From Obrimoposthia wandeli (lineage: Eukaryota), in the NCBI GenBank assembly GCA_977020255.1, contig CDROCS010001004.1:1-64000 (forward strand): a stretch of DNA of 64,000 bases, in the 5' to 3' direction. A program made the translations under genes and the position numbers. The notes under the pieces were generated by a model. The model saw only the letters and a program-made list of their open reading frames with translations. It made no database searches and was not told the DNA's origin. Shown here piece after piece: positions 11,464 through 21,926 of the stretch. Positions within the stretch are counted from its first letter, which is position 1. The number at the start of each line of letters is the position of its first letter.

Positions 11464-11602
11464 GAGACCTTTGCACAAAGTAGCGAGCGACAGTGAGACA
11501 AGGCAAAAACAAGCGAAAAACCGGAGTTTATGCCTATAAATGAGGATTTTGAGCTTGTTTTTAACGCCGTATCACTGAGCGCAGTAATTGTGCAAAGGTC
11601 TC
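11464..11602. mobile_element. 139-bp MITE with IS5-family-like ends
   Basis: Perfect 15-bp TIR GAGACCTTTGCACAA; ATAAA on both flanks. Confidence 0.8.
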
Positions 11603-11726
11603 ATAAAATTCTTTAAGTGAACAAAGCACTATTTAATCAATAAAAAATAATACTGACTATCAAGCTAGATCTTGAATTAACTTTCAGTGATAACGCTTTT
11701 ACGGTCGCAATAAATAGGTTTTCACC

Positions 11727-12854
11727 ATGTCTACATCGCTTGATGCCAACAATGTTGATACAGTAAGTACTGCTGATGAACGTGTTCGTAAAGAATCCTT
11801 CGTAAAAAAATTATTAACCCGCCCCGAACTAGGCTCTGTCTCTGGAGCGATCCTGGTATTTATTTTCTTCGCGATTGTCGCGGGTGACTCAGGCATGTTT
11901 AACGCCGATGGCATTTTAAACTGGAGCACCGTTTCAGCGCAGCTAGGTATATTAGCTATCGGTGCTTGCTTGTTGATGATTTCCGGTGAATTTGATTTAT
12001 CAATTGGCTCAATGATCGGCTTCGCCGGCATGATGATCTCTATCCCAGCACTTTACTGGGGATGGCCGGTTTGGTTATGCATTATTTTTGCTTTTGCCGG
12101 TGCAATGTTTATAGGCTTTCTTAACGGCTATATCGTCGTCAGAACCGGCTTGCCCTCTTTTATCGTCTCCCTTGCCTTTTTGTTTATTTTAAGAGGCTTG
12201 ACCATCGCACTATCTATTTTATTCACCAATAAAACCATCGTTTCGGGTGTTGCAGAAGTAGCAGAAGGCGATTGGCTGGCAGCTTCTTTTGGCGGGGAAA
12301 TCGGCACTGGCTTCTTTAATTGGCTTGCACAAGTAGGCTGGATTGAAACCTATAATGATGGATCTCCTATCGTTACCGGTATTCCAATGGTTATTATTTG
12401 GTTTTTATTGCTCGCCACTATCGCTTCATTTGTATTACTGCGCACCAAATATGGAAACTGGATATTCGCTTGCGGTGGTGATGTTAAAGCCGCTAAAAAT
12501 GTAGGCGTACCGACAGATAAAGTTAAAATTTCCTTGTTCATGTTTACCGCTTTTTGCGCCACTGTTTTTGCTGCCTGCCAAGTGTTTGAGTTTGGATCAG
12601 CGGCGGCAGATCGCGGTTTGTTGAAAGAGTTTGAAGCTATCATTGCGGTGGTTATTGGCGGAGCATTACTGACCGGCGGTTACGGCTCGGTGGTAGGTGC
12701 TTGCTTTGGAGCACTCATCTTTGGTGTGGTGCAAATGGGTATTTTCTTCACCGGTGCCGATTCAGATTGGTTTAGAGTTTTCCTAGGTATCATGTTGTTA
12801 GCTGCTGTTTTGTTTAATAACTTTATTCGCAAGCGTGTCACTGGCACACATTAA
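11727..12854 (+). CDS. Inositol ABC transporter permease
   Basis: RbsC-like; GEFDLSIGS, GLPSFIVSL and AVVIGGALLTGGYGS motifs. Confidence 0.9.
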   Translation: MSTSLDANNVDTVSTADERVRKESFVKKLLTRPELGSVSGAILVFIFFAIVAGDSGMFNADGILNWSTVSAQLGILAIGACLLMISGEFDLSIGSMIGFAGMMISIPALYWGWPVWLCIIFAFAGAMFIGFLNGYIVVRTGLPSFIVSLAFLFILRGLTIALSILFTNKTIVSGVAEVAEGDWLAASFGGEIGTGFFNWLAQVGWIETYNDGSPIVTGIPMVIIWFLLLATIASFVLLRTKYGNWIFACGGDVKAAKNVGVPTDKVKISLFMFTAFCATVFAACQVFEFGSAAADRGLLKEFEAIIAVVIGGALLTGGYGSVVGACFGALIFGVVQMGIFFTGADSDWFRVFLGIMLLAAVLFNNFIRKRVTGTH

Positions 12855-12894
12855 TTAAAGCTGTGCTTACCTTTTTATATTTGGAGTGACGAAA

Positions 12895-13689
12895 ATGAGC
12901 GAATTTATTTTAGAATTAAAAAATGTCAGCCGCTATTTCGGTTCAGTAATCGCGCTAAAAGACATCAATATGCAGATAAAGCTCGGTGAAGTACACTGTT
13001 TGTTGGGCGATAACGGTGCGGGTAAATCCACCTTAATCAAAACGTTGGCCGGTGTTCATCACCCTTCTGAAGGCGAGTTTTTACTTAACGGTGAGCCTAC
13101 CAACTTCGCATCACCAAGAGATGCATTAGACGCGGGTATCGCGACTGTTTATCAAGATTTAGCGTTAGTTAACTTGATGAGTGTAACCCGCAACTTTTTT
13201 ATGGGCCGCGAGATCACTAAAAAATGGGGGCCTTTCAACGTATTTGACACAAAAAAAGCCAATGAAATAGCCCGTGCCGGCCTCGCTGAGATGGGTATTG
13301 ATGTACGTGATCCCGAACATCCTATTGGTACTATGTCAGGTGGTGAGCGCCAATGTTTAGCGATAGCGCGCGCCATCCATTTTGGCGCTAAGGTACTAAT
13401 ACTCGATGAGCCAACGGCCGCTTTAGGTGTCAAGCAATCAGCGAACGTTTTAAAAGTAGTTGCCAGAGCTAGATCACGTGGCTTAGCGGTTATTTTAATT
13501 ACCCATAACGTACACCACGCTTACCCTGTGGCTGATAGATTTACCTTGTTGAACCGCGGTAAAAGCTTGGGCACTTGGTTGAAATCAGATGTTAAACGCG
13601 AAGAAATTTTAGAGATGATGGCCGGTGGCCAAGAGTTAGAAGATCTTGAAGCAGAATTAGCCGAGTTTGCACGCTTAGATGCGAATTAA
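12895..13689 (+). CDS. Sugar ABC transporter ATPase (single NBD)
   Basis: [16 protein letters not shown] and LILDEPT motifs; ATG 12895 preferred (GGAG at 12883-12886). Confidence 0.9.
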   Translation: MSEFILELKNVSRYFGSVIALKDINMQIKLGEVHCLLGDNGAGKSTLIKTLAGVHHPSEGEFLLNGEPTNFASPRDALDAGIATVYQDLALVNLMSVTRNFFMGREITKKWGPFNVFDTKKANEIARAGLAEMGIDVRDPEHPIGTMSGGERQCLAIARAIHFGAKVLILDEPTAALGVKQSANVLKVVARARSRGLAVILITHNVHHAYPVADRFTLLNRGKSLGTWLKSDVKREEILEMMAGGQELEDLEAELAEFARLDAN

Positions 13690-13902
13690 GTGACAGCTGC
13701 GAGTTAAAAACTATGAGTTATTAGCTACAAATTAGGCACTAAATACTAGAAAGGCGCTGTTGATACTCTCACTACGCCATTGATTATCTCTCAAGTTAAT
13801 AAACCGTTAAATCGGCCGATGTTTCTCGAAGTAGATGTTTTTTTTATAGCAACACATCACTTTTTATATCTTTGTAAAAGTGAATTTTTAAGGAGTTAAA
13901 CT

Positions 13903-15819
13903 GTGAGTAAGCAAAGAGCACTCGATGTCATCTGCCTTGGCCGCGCCGCAGTCGATTTATACGGCGAGCAAATAGGTAGCCCTCTACAAGATATGTCTAG
14001 TTTTGCCAAATATTTAGGCGGGTCTTCTGCCAACATCGCGTTTGGTACTGCAAGGCTTGGTTTAAAATCAGCCATGCTAACCCGTGTTGGCAACGAGCAT
14101 ATGGGCACTTTTGTACGCGAAGAGCTAGCCCGTGCAGGAGTTGATACCTCACAAATTGTGACTGACCCTGCGCGTTTAACCGGCTTAGTTATTTTAGGTA
14201 TTAAAGATCAAGAAACTTTCCCACTGATCTTTTATCGCCAAGATTGTGCAGACATGGCGATTAGCGAGCAAGATATTAACGCTGATTTTATTGCCTCAAG
14301 CCAATCATTACTGATCACCGGTACTCACTTCTCCACGCCTGAAACTTATGCTGCGAGCACTAAAGCGATTCAATATGCTAAAGCTGCGGGCACCAAAGTG
14401 ATTGTCGATATTGATTATCGCCCAGTGCTTTGGGGCTTAACCAGTTTAGGTGATGGCGAAACGCGCTTTATCTCATCTGATAGCGTCTCTAAGCATTTAC
14501 AAACTATTCTGCCTGATTGCGATTTAATTGTCGGCACAGAAGAAGAAGTACATATTGCCGGTGGCACCACTGACACTATCGCGGCTTTAAATAAAATTCG
14601 CTCATTAACGGATGCCAGCATTGTACTCAAGCTAGGGCCATTAGGCTGCACCGTGCTAGATGGCGCTATTCCTAGCAGCATGCAAGATATCGTCCCTTTT
14701 ACCGGGGTACGTGTTGATGTGCTAAATGTTCTTGGCGCAGGCGATGCTTTCCTGTCAGGATTTTTACGCGGCTGGTTACAAGGTACTGATCACCAAACTA
14801 GTGCTGCTTTCGCCAATGCTTGTGGCGCTTTAGTGGTTTCTCGCCACGGTTGTGCACCGGCGATTCCATCAAGTGAAGAGTTAGATTATTACTTAGCCAA
14901 TAGTGCTGATATTCCACGCCCTGATTTAGATGATGAATTAAATTACTTACATCGCGTCACTACTCGCCCGCCTAAGCAATGGCACGAAATATGCGGCTTA
15001 GCGTTTGATCATCGCAAGCAATTTTTTGATATGGCGATTGCAGCAGGCGCCGACTCTAAACGCATTCAACCTTTAAAGCAGTTATTAGTCAAAGCCGCTG
15101 CATTAGGCGCGAAACAAGCAGGACTTGAGGGTAATGTCGGCGTATTAATTGATGATACTTACGGCCAAGATGCGCTCAATGACGTGACAGGCCAAGGTTG
15201 GTGGATTGGTCGCCCTGTTGAGCTGCCTTCATCACGCCCTATCGAATTAGAAGGTGGCCGCTCTATTGGTGACCGCTTAAAAAGCTGGCCGCGTGAACAT
15301 GTTGTAAAATGTTTAGTTTTTTATCATCCTGATGATTCACTAGAGATGCTATTACAACAAGAGCGCCAAATTAAAGAGCTTTACCAAGCGTGTTGTAGCA
15401 GCGGCCATGAAATGCTGTTAGAGCTTATTCCACCACAAACCATGGCGATTGACGATGATACAATGCCGCGCGCTGTAAGCCGCATATACAACTTAGGTGT
15501 GCGCCCAGATTGGTGGAAGCTTCCTGGTATGCGCCCTAATAGCTGGCAGCAAATCACTGATATTATCGCAACACGTGCACCGCATTGTCGTGGTGTCGTA
15601 ATGCTGGGGCTTGATGCTCCGGTGGCGCAGTTACAAGAAAGCTTTAATCACAGTACCGGTTTTGATATTTGCAAAGGCTTTACCGTAGGGCGTACTATTT
15701 TTGGCGAGCCCAGCCGCCAGTGGTTAAGTAACCAGTTAGATGATCAACAATTTGTCGACGCTGTTGCAGCTAATTATGTTGAGTTGATTGGCTATTGGCG
15801 CAATCGCACGATTAACTAG
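13903..15819 (+). CDS. iolC: 5-dehydro-2-deoxygluconokinase fused to a C-terminal DUF2090-type domain
   Basis: PfkB motifs (GGSSANIA, DIDYRP, NVLGAGDAF) plus LAFDHR...DWWKL...GFTVGRTIF domain. Confidence 0.9.
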   Translation: MSKQRALDVICLGRAAVDLYGEQIGSPLQDMSSFAKYLGGSSANIAFGTARLGLKSAMLTRVGNEHMGTFVREELARAGVDTSQIVTDPARLTGLVILGIKDQETFPLIFYRQDCADMAISEQDINADFIASSQSLLITGTHFSTPETYAASTKAIQYAKAAGTKVIVDIDYRPVLWGLTSLGDGETRFISSDSVSKHLQTILPDCDLIVGTEEEVHIAGGTTDTIAALNKIRSLTDASIVLKLGPLGCTVLDGAIPSSMQDIVPFTGVRVDVLNVLGAGDAFLSGFLRGWLQGTDHQTSAAFANACGALVVSRHGCAPAIPSSEELDYYLANSADIPRPDLDDELNYLHRVTTRPPKQWHEICGLAFDHRKQFFDMAIAAGADSKRIQPLKQLLVKAAALGAKQAGLEGNVGVLIDDTYGQDALNDVTGQGWWIGRPVELPSSRPIELEGGRSIGDRLKSWPREHVVKCLVFYHPDDSLEMLLQQERQIKELYQACCSSGHEMLLELIPPQTMAIDDDTMPRAVSRIYNLGVRPDWWKLPGMRPNSWQQITDIIATRAPHCRGVVMLGLDAPVAQLQESFNHSTGFDICKGFTVGRTIFGEPSRQWLSNQLDDQQFVDAVAANYVELIGYWRNRTIN

Positions 15820-15854
15820 TTTCGAGTTTCGAGAATTTTAAAAGAGAGAGAACA

Positions 15855-17711
15855 ATGAAAACGATCAAGCTGACTATGTCGCAAGCGCTGGTTAAATTTT
15901 TAATCGCGCAAAAAACCATTGTCGACGGTGAAGTACAACCGATGTTCGCCGCTATGTTTGCTATTTTTGGCCACGGTAATGTAGCCGGTATGGGCGAAGC
16001 GCTGTATCAAGTTAAAGATCAGCTGCCAACACTGCGCGCACATAACGAACAAGGCATGACACACGCTGCCATCGCCTATGCTAAAGCGAAAAACCGCCAG
16101 CAAATGATGGCCTGCACCACCTCAATTGGCCCAGGTGCTGCCAACATGATCACCGCTGCGGCCCTAGCACACGCTAACCGTTTACCGGTATTACTATTGC
16201 CAGGCGATACTTTTGCCAGCCGTACGCCTGACCCAGTACTGCAACAGCTAGAGCATTTTGGCGATCCGACTATTTCGACCAACGATTGTTTTCGCCCTGT
16301 TAGCCGCTATTTTGATCGCATTACCCGCCCTGAGCAAATCATCAACAGCTTGCCCGTTGCCATGCAAACCCTGCTAGATCCAGAATTTTGTGGCCCAGTT
16401 ACCATTGCCTTATGCCAAGATGTACAAGCACAAGCATACGATTATCCGGTTAGCTTTTTTGCAGAAAAAGTTCATTATCAGCGTCGTCAAAATGCTGATG
16501 ATGCAGAATTACAACGTGCAATCGAGCTATTAAGAAAAGCTAAGCAGCCACTGCTAATTGCCGGTGGTGGCGTACATTACTCTGGCGCGGTTGAGCAGTT
16601 ATTAAACTTCGCGCAAGCGACAGGTATTCCGGTTGCTGAAACACAAGCGGGAAAAGGCGCAATGCGTTGGGATCATCCTAACTACGTTGGCGCAATTGGC
16701 GTAACAGGCAGCAACGCCGCTAATTTAATGGCCGAAAAAGCCGATTTAGTAATTGCTGTAGGCAGCCGCTTACAAGATTTCACTACTGCTTCGCGCACCT
16801 TGTTTGAGCGCGAAGACACTCCGCTTATCCAGCTAAACATTGCCCGTTTTGATAGCATCAAACACAACAGCGTGCCTTTGCTAGTTGATGCCAAAGTGGG
16901 CCTAACCTCACTACAAAATGCATTATCTGATTGGCAAGTTAGCAGCGAATGGCAGCAACAAGGCCAAGCGGCAATCGCCAAATGGAATCAATATTACCAA
17001 GATGTAACTAGTGCTCAAATTCAACAAACACCTACCGGCTTACCAACAGATGCACAAGTTCTAGGCGCTGTTAAACGCAACAGTGCAGCCCAAGATGTGA
17101 TCGTTTGTGCCGCGGGCGGCTTGCCTGGCGAACTACATAAGCTATGGCGTACTGATCATGCTAAAGCCTATCATGTTGAATACGGCTACTCTTGCATGGG
17201 TTATGAAATTGCCGGTGGTTTAGGGGTTAAAATGGCCACTCCTGACAGCGATGTAATTGTAGTAGTCGGGGATGGCTCTTATATGATGCTCAACTCTGAA
17301 CTGGCCACCAGCGTGATGCTCGGTTACAAAGTGATCGTGGTAGTACTTGATAATCGCGGCTACGGTTGCATCAACAGATTACAACAGGGGACTGGCGGTG
17401 CAGCTTTTAACAACCTATTAGAAAACTGCCAAGCAATTGATGGCGGCGCACCTAAAATTGATTTCGCAGCACACGGTGCATCAATGGGCGCTCTAGCTGA
17501 AAAAGTAGCTAACATTGCTGAACTTGAACAAGCGATGCTTAGAGCAAAAGCAGCTGATCGCTCTTATCTAATTACTTTAGATACTGACCCAAGTGTCACT
17601 AGTGAAGGCGGATGTTGGTGGGATGTTGCGGTTGCAGAAGTTTCAGCGCGCGATGAAACAAACACTGCTCACCAAGGTTATATAGCTGGCAAGCAGCAGC
17701 AGCCATATTAA
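15855..17711 (+). CDS. iolD: 3D-(3,5/4)-trihydroxycyclohexane-1,2-dione acylhydrolase (TPP-dependent)
   Basis: IFGHGNV, HNEQGM, EYGYSCMGYE and GDGSY motifs. Confidence 0.95.
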   Translation: MKTIKLTMSQALVKFLIAQKTIVDGEVQPMFAAMFAIFGHGNVAGMGEALYQVKDQLPTLRAHNEQGMTHAAIAYAKAKNRQQMMACTTSIGPGAANMITAAALAHANRLPVLLLPGDTFASRTPDPVLQQLEHFGDPTISTNDCFRPVSRYFDRITRPEQIINSLPVAMQTLLDPEFCGPVTIALCQDVQAQAYDYPVSFFAEKVHYQRRQNADDAELQRAIELLRKAKQPLLIAGGGVHYSGAVEQLLNFAQATGIPVAETQAGKGAMRWDHPNYVGAIGVTGSNAANLMAEKADLVIAVGSRLQDFTTASRTLFEREDTPLIQLNIARFDSIKHNSVPLLVDAKVGLTSLQNALSDWQVSSEWQQQGQAAIAKWNQYYQDVTSAQIQQTPTGLPTDAQVLGAVKRNSAAQDVIVCAAGGLPGELHKLWRTDHAKAYHVEYGYSCMGYEIAGGLGVKMATPDSDVIVVVGDGSYMMLNSELATSVMLGYKVIVVVLDNRGYGCINRLQQGTGGAAFNNLLENCQAIDGGAPKIDFAAHGASMGALAEKVANIAELEQAMLRAKAADRSYLITLDTDPSVTSEGGCWWDVAVAEVSARDETNTAHQGYIAGKQQQPY

Positions 17712-17785
17712 ACACAGGCATATTAAACATAATCATACTAAACAAGATCGCAGAATAACTAGTATATAAATTTTTTGGATTAGAC

Positions 17786-18685
17786 ATGACAATACGTATT
17801 GGTATAAACCCATTAACCTGGACAAACGATGATTTACCTTCACTAGGTGCAGATACCCCTTTAGCCACTTGTTTAAGTGAAGGCAAACAAGCCGGTTTTG
17901 CAGGCTTTGAGCTAGGTAACAAATTTCCACGCCAAGCTGAAATTTTAGGCCCGATCCTAGAAGAACATCAACTAAAACTGGTTTCTGGATGGTTCAGCGG
18001 CCAGCTATTAGAGCGCAGTGTTGAGCAAGAAATTGCAGCAATTCAAGATCACCTAAACTTATTGAAAGATTTAGGCGCTACGGTAATGGTTTACTGTGAA
18101 GTTGGCGGCTGTATTCACGGCGCACAAGACACTCCCCTTTCACAACGCCCAGTGATGCCTGAAGATCAATGGGTATCCTTTGGTGAAAAGCTCAGCGCTG
18201 TGGCGCAATATTGCCAAGATCAAGGCGTGCAATTGGCTTTTCATCATCATATGGGCACCGTTGTACAATCTGAAGCTGACATCGATAAGCTAATGGCACA
18301 CACCACAGATGCACTGGGTTTATTACTAGATACTGGCCATTTAACGTATGCCGGCGGCGATGCTATTGAAGTACAAAAGCGTCACGCAAACCGTATTAAC
18401 CATGTACATTGCAAGGATATTCGTCGCAGTGTATTAGATGACTCTTTAAACCGTAACATCAGCTTTTTAGACTCAGTATTAAACGGTGTATTTACCGTAC
18501 CGGGCGATGGCTGCATTGATTACGCAACACTCTTTAGTGGTTTAAAAACAAGCGGCTACCAAGGCTGGTTAGTAGTAGAAGCTGAGCAAGACCCAGCAAT
18601 TGCCAACCCTTTGATATACGCTACGATGGGTGCACAAAACTTGCAACGCCTATGCGCAGATGCCGGTATTGAACTTAGTGCTTAA
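17786..18685 (+). CDS. iolE: myo-inosose-2 dehydratase
   Basis: NPLTWTNDD, HHHMGT, LDTGH, HVHCKD and VEAEQDP motifs. Confidence 0.95.
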   Translation: MTIRIGINPLTWTNDDLPSLGADTPLATCLSEGKQAGFAGFELGNKFPRQAEILGPILEEHQLKLVSGWFSGQLLERSVEQEIAAIQDHLNLLKDLGATVMVYCEVGGCIHGAQDTPLSQRPVMPEDQWVSFGEKLSAVAQYCQDQGVQLAFHHHMGTVVQSEADIDKLMAHTTDALGLLLDTGHLTYAGGDAIEVQKRHANRINHVHCKDIRRSVLDDSLNRNISFLDSVLNGVFTVPGDGCIDYATLFSGLKTSGYQGWLVVEAEQDPAIANPLIYATMGAQNLQRLCADAGIELSA

Positions 18686-18726
18686 GCTACTCTCTTTGAT
18701 GATTCCTGTAAGCTGAAGAAGCTTTT

Positions 18727-18752
18727 ACCCGTGCATTGCACGGGTTTTTTTT
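18727..18752 (+). terminator. Intrinsic terminator after iolE
   Basis: ACCCGTGCA-T-TGCACGGGT followed by a T run. Confidence 0.8.
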
Positions 18753-18795
18753 AACTTAAAAATTGCATTCGATAGATCAATAGATTGAGGAGTTT

Positions 18796-19965
18796 TTGAT
18801 GAACAAGTCAGGCAAAATATTTAACAGCGAAAATGATATCGATATCAAGCAATTCGCCGCGCTCTGCCAGCAGCAAACCAACAAAGATGACTACCCTCTT
18901 GCGCAACAAATCAGCAAAAACATACCTATTTATGCCGGTAATGAATTACGCACAGCAATTGAGCAAGGTGAAGACGGTGCTTATATGGCTGAAATCACTC
19001 AAGTATTAGATATTGGCCCAGGTGTTTTTGTGATAAAAAGCGCCTACCAAGACCTTACTGTTATAGAAAAGATGAATAACGTATTCAAGCAGCTTCTCAA
19101 GCAACAGCGTGATGCAAAAGCTGCTGATCATTTCGCTACTGCAGGTGCCAATGGCAGAGTATGGAATGTGTTTGAAAAAAGCGCTAAAGCTGACCCAAGT
19201 ACCTTCATTGAATATTACAAAAACCCTATTTTACAATTAGCTGCACAAGCTTGGCTTGGGCCGCACTACCAAATTACCGCTCAGCTCAATGTAGTATATC
19301 CCGGCGGCGGTGCGCAACAGCCGCACAGAGATTATCATTTAGGTTTTCAAGAAAACGAAGACATTGTAAAATACCCACTGCACGTACATAAAATGTCACG
19401 CTACTTAACCTTACAAGGCGGCATAGCCCACAGCGAGATGCCAATAGCCAGCGGCCCAACGCAGCTATTACCTTTTTCACAGCAATATGATTTAGGCTAT
19501 TTAGCATGGCGCAACAGTGAATTTAAAGATTACTTCAAAGCACATAAAGTGCAGCTACCGCTTGAGCAAGGTGACGCACTGTTTTTCAACCCCGCTTTAT
19601 TTCACGCAGCAGGCGATAATCAAACGAAGGAGATAGAGCGCAGTGTCAATTTATTACAAATATCTTCCGCGTTTAGCAAGCCCATGGAAACCGTTAATAG
19701 CACACAAATAAGCGCGTTAGTTTATGCACATTTAAGCGCCTTATATCAGCAGGAAATGCTTTCTAGGGCAGAGCTTGATGCGATCATTAACGCCAGTTGC
19801 GATGGCTATTCTTTCCCATCCAACCTAGATACAGACCCACCTAACAGCAACAGCATGGCACCACAAACCGCCGCACAATTAACTATACAAGCGCTACAGG
19901 AAAACTGGTCTGTGGATAAATATCAAACGGCATTGAATGAGCAACAGTTAAAACGCCAGAGTTGA
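18796..19965 (+). CDS. Phytanoyl-CoA dioxygenase (PhyH)-family Fe(II)/2OG dioxygenase
   Basis: QPHRDYH (HxD), SGPTQLLPFS and FNPALFHAAG motifs. Confidence 0.75.
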   Translation: MMNKSGKIFNSENDIDIKQFAALCQQQTNKDDYPLAQQISKNIPIYAGNELRTAIEQGEDGAYMAEITQVLDIGPGVFVIKSAYQDLTVIEKMNNVFKQLLKQQRDAKAADHFATAGANGRVWNVFEKSAKADPSTFIEYYKNPILQLAAQAWLGPHYQITAQLNVVYPGGGAQQPHRDYHLGFQENEDIVKYPLHVHKMSRYLTLQGGIAHSEMPIASGPTQLLPFSQQYDLGYLAWRNSEFKDYFKAHKVQLPLEQGDALFFNPALFHAAGDNQTKEIERSVNLLQISSAFSKPMETVNSTQISALVYAHLSALYQQEMLSRAELDAIINASCDGYSFPSNLDTDPPNSNSMAPQTAAQLTIQALQENWSVDKYQTALNEQQLKRQS

Positions 19966-20071
19966 CGCTTGGTCTTAAATAAATGGAAGTCTCTATTAAT
20001 GATGATTAGAAGATTCTAGTGAATTTTTAGCTAAAGGCAGTTAACCGGCTAAGGGCTCTAAAAAAGCTAAA

Positions 20072-20194
20072 TCACTTTAATTGTTCCAGCTTAGTAATAC
20101 GGGCTTCTAGCTCGCTAATTTTGGTTTGAGATTTCAAAGCATAACTCAATGCTGCAATGCCAAAAACCATGCCGATAATTGCAATACTTTCCAT
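20072..20194 (-). CDS. 40-aa small membrane protein (TM helix plus coiled-coil tail)
   Basis: MESIAIIGMVFGIAALSYALKSQTKISELEARITKLEQLK*; AAGGA upstream; below the ORF-track cutoff. Confidence 0.6.
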   Translation of the reverse strand: MESIAIIGMVFGIAALSYALKSQTKISELEARITKLEQLK

Positions 20195-20279
20195 GTTTTA
20201 GGTCCTTTTGTGATCGAGGGATAAAGATTCATATCAAGTATTAAAATATCATACTGGTTGATAAATTCTAGTGCTTAGA

Positions 20280-20309
20280 AATTTCTACAAATGACACAAA
20301 GTTGCCATT
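20280..20309 (+). repeat. 30-bp palindromic site
   Basis: AATTTCTACAA-ATGACACA-AAGTTGCCATT. Confidence 0.65.
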
Positions 20310-20389
20310 TTTAACGCCCATCACACAGGCGAGCAACTTGTTGCGAGTCCAAAGCACGAAGTGCTTGATTGTGCTGGCGCTTGTTATGC
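20309..20389 (-). repeat. Integron attC-like site downstream of the GNAT gene
   Basis: On - strand: GCATAAC-AAGCG-CCAGCACA ... TGTGTGA-TGGGC-GTTAAAA (R''/L''/L'/R' geometry with an extra base in L''). Confidence 0.6.
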
Positions 20390-20431
20390 ACTAGGTTCGA
20401 CATAAAATTTGAGTTTCTTTGGATTTCTATG

Positions 20432-20890
20432 CTAGGGTTCTTCATTATTCCCAACTGCCTCATGCACTATTGAATTGATAACTCTTACCGATGTTTCATT
20501 GTCGAAATCACATGTAATTAATGCTTTTGCTTTCAATTTGTTATGAACAATAAACTTTAAAAGTGCTTTGGCAACACCTTTTCGCCTTTCAGAAGGCCGA
20601 GTCTCATAACCTATGTGACCGATATACTTCCTTATAAAATCGTTGTCACTCAACCGTAATCTGATGGCACCAAGAATTCTACGTTCATCAACTGCAAAGT
20701 AGGTTTCGTATGGTCCCCAACCTTCCGGCAGGTTTCTACCCGTTGCGGCATCTATTACTAAATATAGGCTCTTCTTGGCATCTTTTATGTCGTTCTTGTA
20801 ATGTTCCATGCCTGATTCAAAACATTCCAATATATACGATTCATAATCATCTAGTAACTCAATGGAAGCAGGAATTATTTTTATGGCCAT
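20432..20890 (-). CDS. GNAT-family acetyltransferase
   Basis: GAIRLR...IGHIGY.TRPSERRKG motif. Confidence 0.85.
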   Translation of the reverse strand: MAIKIIPASIELLDDYESYILECFESGMEHYKNDIKDAKKSLYLVIDAATGRNLPEGWGPYETYFAVDERRILGAIRLRLSDNDFIRKYIGHIGYETRPSERRKGVAKALLKFIVHNKLKAKALITCDFDNETSVRVINSIVHEAVGNNEEP

Positions 20891-20925
20891 CTTTCGTCCT
20901 TGTAAAACGCCGTAAAAAGTACAGT

Positions 20926-20987
20926 GTCAGATCTTTCCTTTTGACTAAAGAGCAAGAAGAAAGACCCCATGCAGATCTGACCCCATT
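20926..20987. repeat. Inverted GTCAGATCT doublet with a GACCCC end
   Basis: GTCAGATCT (20926-20934) and AGATCTGACCCCATT (20973-20987). Confidence 0.5.
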
Positions 20988-21102
20988 ACTTTTGTTCAGG
21001 TTGCTGCTGTAAGTGATCAAGTAATCTGTTCCAGATGAGATAACGACGCGTTGTTCTATAGTAGACAGTCGCGACGAGGTTATAAATATTGCTGTTTCGA
21101 CA

Positions 21103-21762
21103 TCAAGTGTCAAAGTTATGTGGTGCAAATGGTTTGACTAGCGCTCGCTCGAGCAGATCCAGCAGATCTTGACCATAGAACATATCTCCATCCAGAACAA
21201 ATGTTGGCGAGCCAAGTGCGCCAAGTGCAATCGCGTCTTTAGTGTTCTTTTCGTAGATTTTTATAATCTCAGGGCTAAGAGCAATATCTAATAATGGTTT
21301 AGGGTCAATGCCGACTTCAAGCACAGATTTGGCAAGTGTATCGACATCCGTAAGATCAGAATCATAGCGCCAATGCGATTCTAGAACAGCAAAAGCTAAT
21401 TTCCCCATATCCACACCTTGCTCACCCCCAGCGACCAGCATGCCGCTAACCAAATCAAGATTTTCGTGATGATGCGTTGGTGTATGCGAAATAATATCCA
21501 TACTACGAAACTCTGCCCAACGTTCGATTTCACGACCAAAATAGTAATTTTTATGGATATCGCTGCGTTGGGAAAACTGCTGCGCTCCGGAAGCGTAAAC
21601 CACCGTATCTAGCTTTATAGGTCGGTGCAAAAGTTGGACATTATGAGCCGACATGATCTCCATCATCCGTTTGAAGCCAATATATGCAAAAGCCGAATGG
21701 GCTGAATAGTAGAAATCAATAGTCCTTACATTGGAGGTCGTCTTCTGAGATTCTCGGATCAT
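21103..21762 (-). CDS. DsbA-family / 2-hydroxychromene-2-carboxylate isomerase (GST-kappa-like)
   Basis: IDFYYSAHSAFAY, GSPTFV and DMFYGQD motifs. Confidence 0.8.
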   Translation of the reverse strand: MIRESQKTTSNVRTIDFYYSAHSAFAYIGFKRMMEIMSAHNVQLLHRPIKLDTVVYASGAQQFSQRSDIHKNYYFGREIERWAEFRSMDIISHTPTHHHENLDLVSGMLVAGGEQGVDMGKLAFAVLESHWRYDSDLTDVDTLAKSVLEVGIDPKPLLDIALSPEIIKIYEKNTKDAIALGALGSPTFVLDGDMFYGQDLLDLLERALVKPFAPHNFDT

Positions 21763-21926
21763 ATCGCAAATGTCTCCTAGTTTTTTGTTGCATACTTCAA
21801 GGTGGGACGATTGCCAGTCACCAACGTTAAAGAAGATTTTATGTTTTGAATTTTACTCGCCAATTTTATACCCCACGCTCAAACCTATGTCGAGTCAGTT
21901 TCATACGTTTTGGAGCTGTCACGGTT

